Shown: positions 23,760-37,805, numbered from the stretch's first letter. The stretch: 64,000 bases of DNA from Scyliorhinus canicula (GCF_902713615.1 NC_052149.1:125925256-125989255); one strand, 5' to 3'. Translations and numbers: made by a program. The notes: generated from the sequence alone by a model not told the origin.

Positions 23760-24537
23760 ACAAAGAACAAAGAACAATACAGCACAGGAACAGGCCCTTC
23801 GGCCCTCCAAGCCTGTACCAGTCATGATACCACCTTTGGCCAAAACCCAGCACTTTCTTGTGCCGTATCCCTCTATACCCATCTTATCCATGTATTTGTC
23901 AAGATGCGTTTTGAATGCCGTCAATGTATCTGCTTCCACAACCTTCTCTGGCAGCGAGTTCCAGGCACTCACCACCCTCTGTGTAAAAACCTGCCTCGCA
24001 CATCTCCTCTAAGCTTTGTCCCAAGGACCTTAAATCTATGCCCCCAAGTGACTGTCCCCTCCACCCTGGGAAAGAGTGCCTGCCCATCCACTCTATCCAT
24101 GCCCCTCATAATCTTGTAGACCTCTATCAGGTCTCCCCTCAGTCTCCATCGTTCTAATGAAAGCAGTCCGATTCTGTTCAGCCTCTCCACATAGCTAACA
24201 CCCTCCAGACCAGGCAACATCCTGGTAAACCTCCTCTGCACCCTCTCCAAAGACTCCACATCCTTCTGGTAGTGTGGCGACCAGAATTGTGCGCAATATT
24301 CCAAATGCGGCCTTACCAAGGTTCTATACAACTGTAGCATGACTTCCCAGTCTTTATACTCGATGCCCCGTCCAATGAAGGCAAGCATTCCGTATGCTTT
24401 CTTGACTACCTTGTCCACTTGTGTTGCCACTTTCAAAGATTTGTGGAATTGCACGCCCAGATCTCTCTGACTTTCTATATTCCAAAGTGTTTTGCCATTT
24501 ACTACATATTTCCCCTCTCTGTTAGACTTAGCAAAAT
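23760..24537 (-). mobile_element. CR1 (HER1-like) LINE 3' fragment
   Basis: KAYGMLAFIGRGIEYK...RPHLEYCAQFWSP...LERVQRRFTRMLPG; AAGAAC-type tail repeats near 23756-23776. Confidence 0.85.
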
Positions 24538-24539
24538 GG

Positions 24540-27500
24540 GACTTCCGGTGGCGGCCACGGAGTGAACGGTCGCACATTTGGCAGCTCCCGCTCATGGTGG
24601 TGTTTTTGTGGCTTTTAAGCCGGATTATTGGAGGAATTTTGTAGAGAAAGAGTGTAGAAGCAAGAACAGAAGAAAAGGACCCCTAGGTTATGGAGCTGCA
24701 GCCCAGAGGTCACCGGAGAAAAAGAACGAATCAGGCGATGGTGAGGAGCAGATAACGAGCGTGGAGGTGGCGGACGAACAGGGTCGGAGCTCGTCAGCTC
24801 AGTGGTCGATGGACCAGTTGGTGAGCTTCTTAAATGAGAAGTTCACCCAACAACGGAAGGAGAGTGTGGAGGACCTGGCCTGAGCGGAGGACTCGATCAA
24901 GGCGGTGGTTGACCGCGTGGAGAGCGACCTGGCAGCCCAGGGACAGGCGATCCAGAGGTTGGAGGAGCTGGCGGGGGAGCATGAGGACCAGTCCACCTCG
25001 ATGGCAGCAGAGATTGGGATGCTGCGTGACCAGCAGAAGGGGCTGCTGGAGAAAGTGGAGGGCCTGGAAAATTGTTCTCGGAGGCAGAACATTCGGATCG
25101 TGGGTCTGCCGGAGGGAATCGAAGGATCGGACGCTGCTGCGTATGTGGGGAAGGTGTTGGAGAAGCTGCTTGGACAATGTGCGTTCGACCGGCCTTTGGA
25201 GGTGGATTGGGCCCACAGGGCGCTCATGCGCAAGCCCCAGGGGGGGTGAGCCTCCGAGGGCAATGGTGGCTCGATTACATCGGTTCCTGGACAAGGAACG
25301 CATTATGAGGTTGGCCAGGCCGACGAGGTGATGCACTTGGGAGGAATGTCGAGATCCGGGTGCAGAGCTCGCAAAGCGGAGGGCGAGCTTGAATAAGGTC
25401 AAATCGACTCTGTACAAGAAGGGTATAAAGTTCGGACTACTGTACCAGGCTCGCCTATGGGTGACCTATGGGGCCCGGGAGTTATACTTTGGCTCGGCGG
25501 AGGATGCAGCGGACCTTATGCAGGAGAATAGACTGACATGAGAAGGACTTTGACTGCGGGGAACTGAACTATGCTTTGTAAAACTTTGGATTTGCGCTGT
25601 TCGGACTTATTTTGGGAGTTTTGCTTGTTTCTTTTTGTTTTTTCGGTTCTGTTTGGGGTTAGGCTGGTATATAGCAATTTGTTAAGGGAGGAGGGGTGGG
25701 CCTTTGTGCTCGGACCTTGGGAGGGATTGTTTATTTGTTTTTGCTTCTTTCCTTTGTTTTGACTGTTTGCACTAAGAGCGGGGGGGGGGGGGGAACCAGT
25801 GGGGGGTAAGATGCTAGGTGCCATGGGCGGGGGATGCCAGACTAGCTGGGAGGGTTAATTCACAGAAGCAAAGTGGGGGGTGAGCTCAAGACCGATGTGG
25901 GGGGGGGGGGGGATATGGGAGTGGGAGGGGTTGGGGTTGGGGGCTAGACTGCTGACTGGAAGGGAACTTTTGGGATGGAGGAGTGTTGCTACTTTTATTA
26001 TCGAACCACAAGCAGCGAGTGTGTTTCTTGTATTGACCAAATGACCACACAACCAGAATGTTAGTTCAAAAGACGGTTTATTATTAAACACAAGACTTAT
26101 CTCTATGTGCAATGATACACGTGGCTACGTATTAAACTACACCTATCAACTAAGATGACCTTTATTTAACTCCTGGATGACCGGCTCTGTGCGGGTAGAT
26201 GGGGCCTTCATCTGAGTCCCCACGTGTGTCGGCTGGAAATTGTCAGGTTTGTCTCGGCAGCGGCTCGTCTCTCTCAGGTAGCGATCGCGGGTCTTGAACT
26301 TGGCTGGTTGTTATTCTGCAGTTGGTGTGGGCACAGGCCGGTCTCAAAAGAGACCGATCTCTAGTTGCACAGGGCTTCTTATCCTTCTCCTTTTTCATGC
26401 CCTTTGGGCGGTACTAACTCAGGATCCAATGGATCGATAGGGTCTCGATCACTCTAATCGATACTGGCCAATTAGGGGCGGGCACCTTGATGGCTGGGCA
26501 GGTCCTAGTTACCATTGTCCCAAGTACATATGTCTTTCCAAATAAAGGGAAGCGGACCCGGTGAGTCTGCGAGTGTTGCTATTCCTTAACTTGAGTCTAT
26601 TGTCCTGGGGAAATTGGTGATTGACCTTTAACAGGTGCAGGTTTCAGTCCGGTCTGGTTTTCCTTTGCTCAATACACAGGGCTGTGTACTGTCTGTGGCC
26701 CAACTTGACTACAATTTCCATTATCCTTTGTGGGCGGCCATTTTAGATGGCCACAGGAGGAGAAGGGTTGATGGCGGTGGTTGCCTGAGGGAAGGTTGGG
26801 GGAGGTCTGGGACATGGCTGAGGACTGGCCAAGGAGAGGTTATGATTGATCGGCGGGGGAGGGCGCGGGTGCCCCCCAACCATGCTGGTCACATGGAACC
26901 TTTGTGGACTGAATGGGCCAGTCATAAGGGCCCGTGTGTTCAAGCACTACTTGAGGCAACTGTAGGCGGACGTGGCCATGTTGCAGGAGACATATTTGAA
27001 GGTGGGAGACCAGATTAGTTTGAGGAAGGGATGGGTCAGGCGGGTGTTCCATTCGGGTTAGACTTTGAGACGAGAGGGGCGGCGATCCTGATCAATAAAC
27101 GGGTGGCATTTGAGGCGGGGAAGATAGAGGCGGACCCAAGGGTAGATTTATTATGGTTAGTGGGAAATTGGAGGGAATGGCTGTGGATCCCGGACCTGGG
27201 TTCACATCCACTGATTATGGGGGGAGACTTTAACACGGTCCTGGATCCGAGCCTGGATAGGTCGAATCCCAGGTCTGGAAAGGTATCAGCTATGGCAAAG
27301 GAGCTGTGGGGGTTTATGGAGCGCATGGGGGTGTGTGGATCCATGGAGATTTGGGAGGCCAAGGAGTAAGGAGATTTCATTCTACTCCCATGTTCACAAG
27401 GTGTATTCCCGGATAGACTGCTTTGTGTTGGACAAACGCTGCTGGCTGAGGTGGTGGATGCTGAATATTCAGCAATAGTGGTGTCAGACAGGGCAGCAGC

Positions 27501-30500
27501 CTCACGGAGCCGAGGTCCCAGGTTCAATCCCGGCTCTGGGTCACTGTCTGTGTGAAGTTTGCACATTCTCCCCGTGTTTGTGTGAGTTTCACCCCCACAA
27601 CCCAAAGATGTGCAGGGTAAAATTAATTGGGTACACTAAATTTAAAAAAAAAGTAGTGGTGTCAGACTATGCCATGCGTACTGGGTAGAGCTGCAAGTGA
27701 GCAAAGGAAGGCCCAGCGGCCGCAATGGAGGTTAGATGTGGGGCTGTAGCGGAGGAGGAGGTGAGGGAGGCCATTCGGGGATACATAAGGATCAATGATA
27801 TGGTTGAGGGACTCGGCGGGGGTGGTTTGCGAGGCACTGAAGGCGTTTATTAGGGGGGGATTCATCTCGATTCGGGCCCATAAGGAGTAGGCTTAGCAGG
27901 CGGAGCTGGACAGGCTGGTAGGCAAAATTTTACAGGTGGACAGGAGGTATGTGGAGTCTCCGGATGACAGGCTTCTGAAGGAACGTCAGAGACTGCAGCT
28001 GGAATTTGGGCTCCTGTCCACAGGTAAGGCGGAGGGACAGCTGAGGAGGGTGTATGAATATGGGGAAATACCAGCAGGATGCTGGCCCACCAGCTAAGGT
28101 AACAGGAGGCGGTGAGAGACATTGGGAAAGAAAAGGATACAGGGCGGAAGTTGGTTGTGGATCCGGCGGGGGTGAATGATGCGTGTTGGGAATTTTACAG
28201 TAAATTGTATAAATCGGAACCCCCCAGCTGGGGAGGAGGGGATGAAGCGATTCCTGGGGGGACTGGAGTTACTGAGGATAGATGAGGAGTTGGTGGAGGA
28301 TTTGGGAGCCCCAATTGGCCTTGGGGAGGTTATAGACGGGGTAAAGCTCCGGGACCCGACGGATACCCGGTTGAGTTTTATGAAAAGTTTTCCGGGTTGC
28401 TGGGTCTGCCCGTGGTAAAGGCTTTTAATGAGTCCAAGGAGTTGGGAGTGCTCCCCGCTACGTTATCGCAGGCACCAATTTCCCTTATTCTGAAGCAGGA
28501 TAAGGATCCAGAGAGTTGTGAGTCGTAAAGGACGTTCTTCCTTCTGAATGTGGATGCGAAATTGCTGGCAAAGATCTTGGCCATGTGCTTAGAGGATTGT
28601 GTTCAGGGGGTAATTTTTTTTTTAGAGAAATACAGCACAGAACAGGCCCTTCAGCCCACGATGTTGCGCCGAACTTTTGTCCTAGGTTAATCATAGAATT
28701 TTGGACAATTTTTCATGGCCAATCCACCCAACCTGCACATCTTTGGACTGTGGGAGGAAACCGGAGTACCCGGAGGAAACCCACGCAGTCACGGGGAGGA
28801 TGTGCAGACTCCACACAGACAGTGACCCAAGTCGAAATCGAACTTCGGACCCTGGAGCTGTGAAGCAATTGTGCTATCCACAATGCTACCGTGCTGCCCT
28901 TAAGAAGTTAACCTACACTCCCTTATTCTACCCTAATCCAAGTACCTATAGGGGGGGACCAGGCGGGATTTGCGAAGGGACGACACCTGACGTCCAACAT
29001 TAGACGGCTCCTAAACGTGATAATGATGCCAGCGGAGGGGCGCGAGGTCAAGGTGGTGGTGGCCATGGATGCAGAAAAGGTCTTTGATCGGGTGGAGGGT
29101 AGGTGCCTGGGGGATGTCCTGGGAAGATTTGGGTTCAGGAAGGGATTTGTGGACTGGACCCAGTTGCTATATCAGGCATCGGTGGCGGCTGTAAGGGCCG
29201 ACTGGGGTCAGCTTCATAAGTTAAATTTGGGCAGGGTGATTGAACAAATGAATGGTGACTTCCGCAGGTGGGACGTGCTCCCGCTGTCATTGGCGGCGAG
29301 GGTACAGACTGTACAGATGACAGTCCTCCCAAAATTGCTGTTTGTGTTTCAGTGTTTTCCAATCTTCATTCCTAAGGCATTTTTTAGGAAGGTGAATGTG
29401 GCGATCTCGGGTTTTATATGGGTAGGGAAAGCCCCGAGGGTGAAGAAGGTCTTGAGATGGGGGGGGGCGGGGAGGGGGGCTTGGCCCATCCGAACTTTAT
29501 TAATTACTACAGGGCGGCTAATATATCGATGGTTAGGCAGTGACGTCGTGGGGAAGGGCGAGTAGAGACGGCACCTTGTAAGGGCACGAGTCTGGAGGCT
29601 CTGTTAACGGTACGTCTGCCATTCTCGCTGGCTCGGTACTCCACAAGCCCAGTGGTGGTGGCAGCCCTGAGGGTGTGGGGGCAATGGAGGCAGCACATGA
29701 GACTGGAGGGGGCGTCGGTGTGCTCACTGATCTGTGATAATCACCGGTTTGCTCCGGGGGCGCTGGACAGGGGCTTTGGGAGGTGGAAGCAGGCAGGGAT
29801 TGAGAGATTTGGGGATCTCTTCATTGAGGAGGGTTTCCCGAGCCTGGAGGAGCTAGAGGAGGAGTTTGAGTCGCCGGGTGGGAAAGGACTTCGGTACCTG
29901 GAGGTATGGGACTTTGTCCGGAGTCAGGTTCCAAGCTTCCCTCGCCTCCCTCTAAGGGGACTACAGGATAAGTGATGTCTAGAACAAGGGTTGAGGAGGG
30001 GAGGGTCTCGGACATATATAAGGAATTGATGGAGTGGGAAGGGGTCCCAATCGGGGAGGTGAAAAGGAAGTGGGAGGAAGAGCTGGGAGGGGAGTTGGAA
30101 GTTGGACTATGGGAGAAGGCCCTGAGGAGAATCAATGTATCCTCGTTGTGTGCCAGGCTTAGCCTGATCCAGTTCAAAGTGGTCCACAGGCTGATATGAC
30201 TGTGGCCCTGATGAGTAGGTTTTTAGAGGAGGTGGAGGATAGATGTGGGCGGTACGGGGGATGCCCTGCAAATCATGTACATATGTGCCCGAGGCTGAGG
30301 GGATTTTGGCAGGGATTCGTGGATGTCATGTCAGAGGTCCTGGAAGGGAGGGTGACTCCGAGTCCAGAGGTGGCAATATTTGGAGTGTCAGATGATGCGG
30401 GAGCCCAGGGTGGGAGAGAGGCCGATATTTTGGTCTTTGCCTCCCTGGTGGCCCGGAGATGGATTTTGCTGGGATGGAGGGACTCGGAGCCTCCGAAGTC

Positions 30501-30588
30501 GGGGTGTGGGTCAGTGACATAGCAGGGTTTCTCAGGCTGGAGAAGAATAAGTTCACCTTAAGGGGTTCAGTACAGGAATTCGCTTGGA
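24540..30588 (+). mobile_element. Near full-length degenerate L1-clade LINE
   Basis: ORF1 motif LENCSRRQNIRIVGLPEGIEG (24905-25249); APE endonuclease remnants (VTWN..., ILINKRVAF, MGGDFN); RT and C-terminal remnants to the gap. Many stops and frameshifts. Confidence 0.85.
25984..26755 (-). mobile_element. 772-bp solo LTR (ERV-like) inside the L1
   Basis: TG...CA ends with GGAG duplicated on both flanks; AATAAA on the minus strand near 26097. Confidence 0.7.
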
Positions 30589-31088
30589 NNNNNNNNNNNN
30601 NNNNNNNNNNNNNNNNNNNNNNNNNNNNNNNNNNNNNNNNNNNNNNNNNNNNNNNNNNNNNNNNNNNNNNNNNNNNNNNNNNNNNNNNNNNNNNNNNNNN
30701 NNNNNNNNNNNNNNNNNNNNNNNNNNNNNNNNNNNNNNNNNNNNNNNNNNNNNNNNNNNNNNNNNNNNNNNNNNNNNNNNNNNNNNNNNNNNNNNNNNNN
30801 NNNNNNNNNNNNNNNNNNNNNNNNNNNNNNNNNNNNNNNNNNNNNNNNNNNNNNNNNNNNNNNNNNNNNNNNNNNNNNNNNNNNNNNNNNNNNNNNNNNN
30901 NNNNNNNNNNNNNNNNNNNNNNNNNNNNNNNNNNNNNNNNNNNNNNNNNNNNNNNNNNNNNNNNNNNNNNNNNNNNNNNNNNNNNNNNNNNNNNNNNNNN
31001 NNNNNNNNNNNNNNNNNNNNNNNNNNNNNNNNNNNNNNNNNNNNNNNNNNNNNNNNNNNNNNNNNNNNNNNNNNNNNNNNNNNNNNNN
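30589..31088. other. Assembly gap (500 N)
   Basis: Run of exactly 500 N; true length and orientation of the join unknown. Confidence 1.
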
Positions 31089-34000
31089 ACGATCTGGTAA
31101 ACCGCCTGCATGTCCTTAAGGGTCAGGTAATTGCACAGCAACAGCATAGAGATTGGACCAAACTGACTGGAAATGATACCCCAGAACTACCGACACCAGG
31201 GGATAGGGTCATGGTCAAACTCATGGCAGGTAAAAAGGGACTAGGGGTTCGATGGGAGGGACCCGATGTAGTAATCATTGCTGGACAAGCATGCGCCTTA
31301 ATAGACGAGAAACCCAGTCCGCGGTGGCGGCATTGGGCACAATTGAAACCTTCCCCTCATGGGTCATCCCATAGTCACAAGGATTGAGAGAACCCTCTGA
31401 TGGTTCGGCGAACCTACGGAGCAGAGGGTAGCCATGGCATTGCCAGCTGCTGCACTTGTGATAGGAATGATCTGGATTTGTAGATGGGCAACCAGAGTGG
31501 CTGAGGATATGGGACTAAGGCACGGAGAGGATTATACGAGGAAGGAGGTGATGCGAATGATATAATACTAATTGAGCGGCGGTAGGTGTTTGTTTATACC
31601 CACAGGATTCTATTGCTAACACACTTTGGGGACCCCACTGCATCTCTGGTTCCAGCCATCACATTGACCCGCCTCGCCATAGACACGGAAGGAGCCGGAC
31701 ATTGCTGAAACACAAACCAATGACCGCATGTATACTAATGTCACGTGGATACGCCGGGCTGCTGTAAATGTTATGAGGGATACAAAGGGGAGGTGTGGTG
31801 TAGGTTTATATTACGACGAGACTCAGGACGTATGCACAAACGGGATTCTTTACGTTCTTGCGGGGCAGCTAATACAAATTACTTGCAATTCCGAAATACC
31901 TGGGCCCTATATCAGATGGGAACCCAGGATCAAGGGAATTACAGGTGTTATGGAAAGCTGGGAGACAGGACCTTTGCCCCCAGGCAAGATGACAATTGTT
32001 TTTTAAAATGACCGATCAGAAAACGTTAAATGCCCTCGATGGCCCAAATCGCCCTATTGTGAAATATAAAGTAATAGGGGACCGTCTGGAAATTCACTGT
32101 ATGGATCCCTGCCAGGCACATAACCGTACTGAAAATCATGAGATGATATGTGATAGATCAACAGCTTTGTATCAGGGAAGTGAGGTAGGCAGTCAGCAGC
32201 ACAGGAGCCCGAGAATCGGGTGGGATATTGTCTGAAGCAAGGACCCCATCGGATAAGAGTGGGGACCAGGCCGAAGCCTACCACCACCACTGTGATGCGA
32301 GCTCCCGCTCGGTTACAACCACGAGTCCAAGGACAACCCCCAAGCCCGAATGTGATGAACATATCACAAGCCACACTATGGGACATGGGTTAGTTCTGAC
32401 CCCCACTGATGAATCAGTGATGAAAGTACCCGGATATGAACATGTAAAAGTTATGATTAATCTGACCAGCCTACATTTACCAGCCTATTGCTGTGGGCAA
32501 GGATTGTTTGTAGCCTTGGAGGGGGAGATTTTGGGTGGGATTGGATTGAAAACACATAAGCGACAACGGAGAGACCTAGTGGAACTAGTAGTTGGAGGAT
32601 ATGGGCAGGAGTTTTGACTGTCAACGCCCTTGACATTGCAGAGAGAAGTGAAGAGATTGAGGTTATGAAAGGGCAATTGAGAGCTGCAGTTAAGGATATA
32701 TACCAGGATGCCGGAATGGCTACAGACCTTAGCCAGCAGGTCAATCAGCTTGTGTGGAAGGCACTTGAAACAGTTGTTGCCATATCAGACAACAATTAAT
32801 GAGTTACGTTGTATAACAACTATACAAAACGAGGCATTGTGTGTGAATTGCCTGGGTACAATGTTGTTCTAACCAATGCATCTGAGTCTATTGCCATTGG
32901 CTATCATGAACTGACTCCATAGAGGGAAGTGTCCATCGTGGAAGCAGATGACCTCAAGCGAACTGACGATGACCAACGGATTCACCGAAACGTCCAGAAG
33001 CCACTTCCACGCATTCCACGCTTGCGGCCTGACTGGGAAGGACTTAAGAAGGAGGCAACGCAGGTTGACCACCTCTGGAAAACAAGGAGCAGGAGCTCAT
33101 TAAGACTCACGCCGAGAAGGCTGAGGAACTGTTTAAATCACAGAACATTTTCTCTGAAATATGGAATTGGGGACTGAATATCAATATCCATCCATGGATA
33201 CATAAGAACATAAGAACATAATAACGAGGAGCAGGAGTAGGCCATATGGCCCCTTGAGCCTGCTCCGCCATTCAATGAGATCATGGCTGATCTTTTGTGG
33301 ACTTAGCACCACTTTCCGGCCCAAACACCATAACCCTTAATCCCTTTATTCTTCAAAAAAAATCTATCTTTATCTTACAAAACATTTAATGAAGGAGCCT
33401 CAATTGCTTCACTGGGCAAGGAATTCCATAGATTCACAACCCTTTGGGTGAAGAAGTTCCTCCTAAACTCAGTCCTAAATCTACTTCTCCTTATTTTGAG
33501 GCTATGCCCCCAGTTCTGCTTTCACCCGCCAGTGGAAACAACCTGCCCGCATCTATCCTATCTATTCCCTTCATAATTTTATATGTTTCTATAAGATCCC
33601 CCCTCATCCTTCTAAATTCCAACGAGTACAAACCCAGTCTACTCAATCTCTCCTCGTAATCCAACCCCTTCAGCTCTGGGATTAACCTAGTGAATCTCCT
33701 CTGCACACCCTCCAGTGCCAGTACGTCCTTTCTCAGGTAAGGAGACCAAACTGAACCAATACTCCAGGTGTGGCCTCACTAACACCTTATACAATTGCAG
33801 CATAACCTCCCTAGGCTTAAACTCCATTCCTCTAGCAATGAAGGACAAAATTCCATTTGCCTTCTTAATCACCTGTTGCACCTGTAAAACAACTTTGTGC
33901 GACTCATGCACTAGCACACCCAGGTCTCTGCACAGCAGCATGCTTTAATATTTTATCATTTAAATAATAATCCCTTTTGTTGTTATTCCCACCAAAATGG

Positions 34001-36850
34001 ATAACCTCACATTTGTCAACATTGTATTCCAGCTGCCAGACCCTAGCCCATTCACTTAACCTATCCAAATCCCTCTGCAGACTTCCGGTATCCTCTGCAC
34101 TTTTTCCTTTACCACTCATCTTAGTGTCATCTGCAAACTTGGACACATTGCCCTTGGTCCCCAACTCCAAATCATCAATGTAAATTGTGAACAATTGTGG
34201 GCCCAACACTGACCCCTGAGGGACACCACTAGCTACTGATTGCCAACCAGAGAAACACCCATTAATCCCCACTCTTTGCTTTCTATTAATTAACCAATCC
34301 TCTATCCATGCTACTACTTTACCCTTAATGCCATGCATCTTTATCTTATGCAGCAACCTTTTGTGTGGCACCTTGTCAAAGGCTTTCTGGAAATCCAGAT
34401 ATACCACATCCATTGGCTCCCCGTTATCTACCGCTCTGGTAATGTCCTCAAAAAATTCCACTAAATTAGTTAGGCACGACCTGCCCTTTATGAACCCATG
34501 CTGCGTCTGCCCAATGGGATATTTTCCATCCAAATGCCTCGCTATTTCTTCCTTGATGATAGATTCCAGCATCTTCCCTACTGCCGAAGTTAAGTTCACT
34601 AGTCTATCATTACCCGCTTTCTGCCTACCTCCTTTTTTAAACAGTGGTGTCACGTTTGCTAATTTCCAATCCGCCAGGACCGTCCCAGAGTCTAGTGAAT
34701 TTTGGTAAATTATCACCAATGCATTTGCAATTTCCCTAGCCATCTCTTTTAGCACTCTGGGATGCATTCCATCAGGGCCAGGAGACTTTTCTACCTTTAG
34801 CCCCATTAGCTTGCTCATCACTACCTCCTTAGTGATAACAATCATCTCAAGGTCCTCACCTGTCATAGCCTCATTTCTATCAGTCGCTGGCATGTTATTT
34901 GTGTCTTCCACTGTGAAGACCGACCCAAAAAACCTGTTCAGTTCTTCAGCCATTTCCTCATCTCTCATTATTAAACCTCCCTTCTCATCCTCTGAAGGAC
35001 CAATATTTACCTTAGCCACTCTTTTTTGTTTTATATATTTGTAGAAACTTTTATTATCTGTTTTTATATTCTGAGCAGGTTTACTCTCATAATCTATCTT
35101 ACTCTTCTTTATAGCTTTTTAAGTAGCTTTCTGTTGCCCCCTAAAGATTTCTCAGTCCTCTAGTCTCCCACTAATCTTTGCCACTTTGTATGCTTTTTCT
35201 TTCAATTTGATACTCTCCCTTATTTCCTTAGATATCCACGGTCGATTTTCCCTCTTTCTACCGTCCTTCCTTTTTGTTGGTATAAACCTTTGCTGAGCAC
35301 TGTGAAAAGTCACTTGGAAGGTTCTCCGCTGTTCCTCAACTGTTTCACCATAAAGTCTTTGCTCCCAGTCTACCTCAGCTAGCTCTTCTCTCATCCTATT
35401 GTAATCTTCTTTGTTTAAGCACAAAACACGAGTGTTTGATTTTACCTTCTCACCCTCCATTTGTATTTTAAATTCCACCATATTGTGATTGCTCCTTCCG
35501 AGATGATCCCTAACTATGAGATCATTAATCAATCCTGTCTCATTACACAGGACCAGATCTAGGACCGCTTGTTCCCTTCTAGGATCCATTACATACTGTT
35601 CTAGGAAACTATCGCGGATACATTCTATAAACTCCTCCTCAAGGCTGCCTTGACCGACCTGGTTAAACTAATCGACATGTAGATTAAAATCCCCCATGAT
35701 AACTGCTGTACTATTTCTACATGCATCAGTTATTTCTTTGTTTATTACCTGCCCCACCATAATGTTACTATTTGCTGGCCTATAGACTACTCCTATCAGT
35801 GACTTTTTCGCCTTACTATTCTTGATTTCCACCCAAATGGATTCAACCTTCTCCTCCATAGCACCGATGCCATCCCTTACTATTGCCCGGATGTCATCCT
35901 TAAATAACAGAGCAACACCACCTGCCTTACCATCCACTCTGTCCTTCCGAATAGTTTGATACCCTCGGATATTTAACTCCCAGTCTTGACCATCCTTTAA
36001 CCATGTTTCAGTAATGGCCACTAAATCATAGTCATTCACGATGATTTGCGCCATCAACTCAATTACCTTCTTCCGAATACTACGAGCATTCAGGTAAAGT
36101 ACATTTATGTTGGCTTTAATACCTCTGTTTTGAATCTTAACACCTCAATCAGTAATGTATAACTATATTGCATGTTGTTGTAATTCTGCTGCTGTTTATA
36201 TTGCTTGTCTTTTTTATTACGCTCTGTTGCCTCAGAAACTGCATTTTGAAATGGCGGAAAGACAGTCGTTTGCTAAATAAAAAGGAACTGTTACAGCTCT
36301 TACCTGTTGAGCATTCCACACCTAGGCTTGAATCCAACAAGTTCAGTATGTCCATTCAATGGTCTATTCTTGGGCTAGCCAAGCACCAAAAGGGGTATTG
36401 AAGGGTGTGTCCAGAGATGAGACCTCTTAAACTGAATAGCTATGATGACACTAGAGTAGCTCTACATAAGTTTGTTTATTAAGGATTGAGATTAATCATA
36501 GAAAGTATACCCAGTAACCAGTATTAACCATTAAACCTGTATTTTAGGACAGAGCAGTGATAATCATGTAAACTCTGGCTATAAGCAGTGGCCACAATGC
36601 ATGATGGGATTTACACTAACTAACTTGCCCATGTTTTTGAGACACACGGGTTGTGTGGTCAGCAGATTACATAGTGGTCTGAGTAAACATGTTTTATCAG
36701 TGGCCCCAGTATCCTGCAGTAAATCCATTGCAGTAAAGAGGATACCAGTTCTAGTAACCTGCCCCGAGATGGACAATGAGTGGACAGGATCTGACTGCGA
36801 TATCAGGATGGGAATGTCCGGGAAAAATAACGTTAAAATGGACACAGGAG
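31089..36850 (+). mobile_element. Endogenous retrovirus remnant: integrase C-terminus, degenerate env split by a CR1, start of 3' LTR
   Basis: IN tail (PGDRVMVK...WEGP...RWRHWAQLKP); hydrophobic leader at 31434; RQRR|DLVELVVGGYG at 32561; TM anchor VVVILLLFILLVFFITLCCL-R..KWRK at 36168-36401; AAAAGGGG PPT followed by TG at 36399. Confidence 0.7.
33196..36110 (-). mobile_element. CR1 LINE with endonuclease and RT (ORF2 fragmented)
   Basis: ORFs 35668-36057 (AITETWL, GDFN) and 33904-35019 (KSPGPDG, QHGF, DFQKAFD, GVPQGSVLGP, FADDTK); CATAAGAA tail repeats. Confidence 0.9.
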
Positions 36851-37405
36851 CCGGGATTCTCCCCTACCCAGCGGGGCGGGGGTCCCGGTGTGATGGAGTG
36901 GCATGAACCACTTCGGCGTCGGGCCGCCCCAAAGGTGCGGAAGTCTCCGCACCTTTAGGGGCCACGCCCTAACATTGAGGGGCTAGGCCCGCGCCGGAGT
37001 GGTTGGCGCTCCACCGGCTGGCGTGGACGGTCTTTGGCTGAAGGGACTTTGCCAGCCGGCAAAAGACCGCACATGCGCCGGAGCGTCAGCGGCTGCTGAC
37101 GTCATCCCCGCACATCCGCAGGTGAGGGGGTCACTTCTGCCTCCGCCATGGTGAAGACTATGGTGAAGGCGGAAGGAAACGAGTGCCCCCACTCCACTGG
37201 CCCGCCCGCCGATCGGTGGGCCCTGATCGCGGGCCAGGCCACTGTGGGGGCACCCCCCGGGGCCAGATCGCCCGGCGCCCCCCCCAGGATCCAGGACCCC
37301 AGAGCCTGCCCACGCGGCCTGCCCCTGCTGGTAAGGTAGGCTTGATCTACGCCGGGAGAGGCTTGACAGCAGTGGGACTTCGGCCCTTCACAGGCCAGAG
37401 AATCG

Positions 37406-37436
<31 letters not shown>

Positions 37437-37568
37437 CTGACTGGCGCGGAGCGATTCCTGCCCCCACCGAATCTCCGGTGCCGGAGAATTCGGGACACGG
37501 CGGAGCGGGATTGACGCCGGCCCCCTGCGATTCTCTGACCCGGCGGGGGGGGGCGGAGAATCTCACCC
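36849..37568. mobile_element. GC-rich Harbinger-like MITE
   Basis: TIR ...CGGGATTCTCC / GGAGAATCTCACCC; flanked by a 3-bp duplication (CAG or AGG register); homologous to 12477-13358. Confidence 0.7.
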
Positions 37569-37805
37569 AGGATCTTGGTAAACAACAGGTGACAGAATGG
37601 GGTTCAATCATGAGCTGATTACAATTTTACTGGACAGCTTGGATTGGAGCAACACACACGGGGCTTTACCACAACAGTGGGCATACCCATGGTGCAGGAG
37701 GCCATCGATTACACACACGGGATTCACCAGGATAGTGGGCGTCCCCATGGGGCAGTGTTCCATCGACGACACACACGAGGCTTTGTAGGCATTGTATATT
37801 GAAAC

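Noticed and set aside
30326-31387. ORFs spanning the N run
   Set aside because: Artefacts of translating through the gap.
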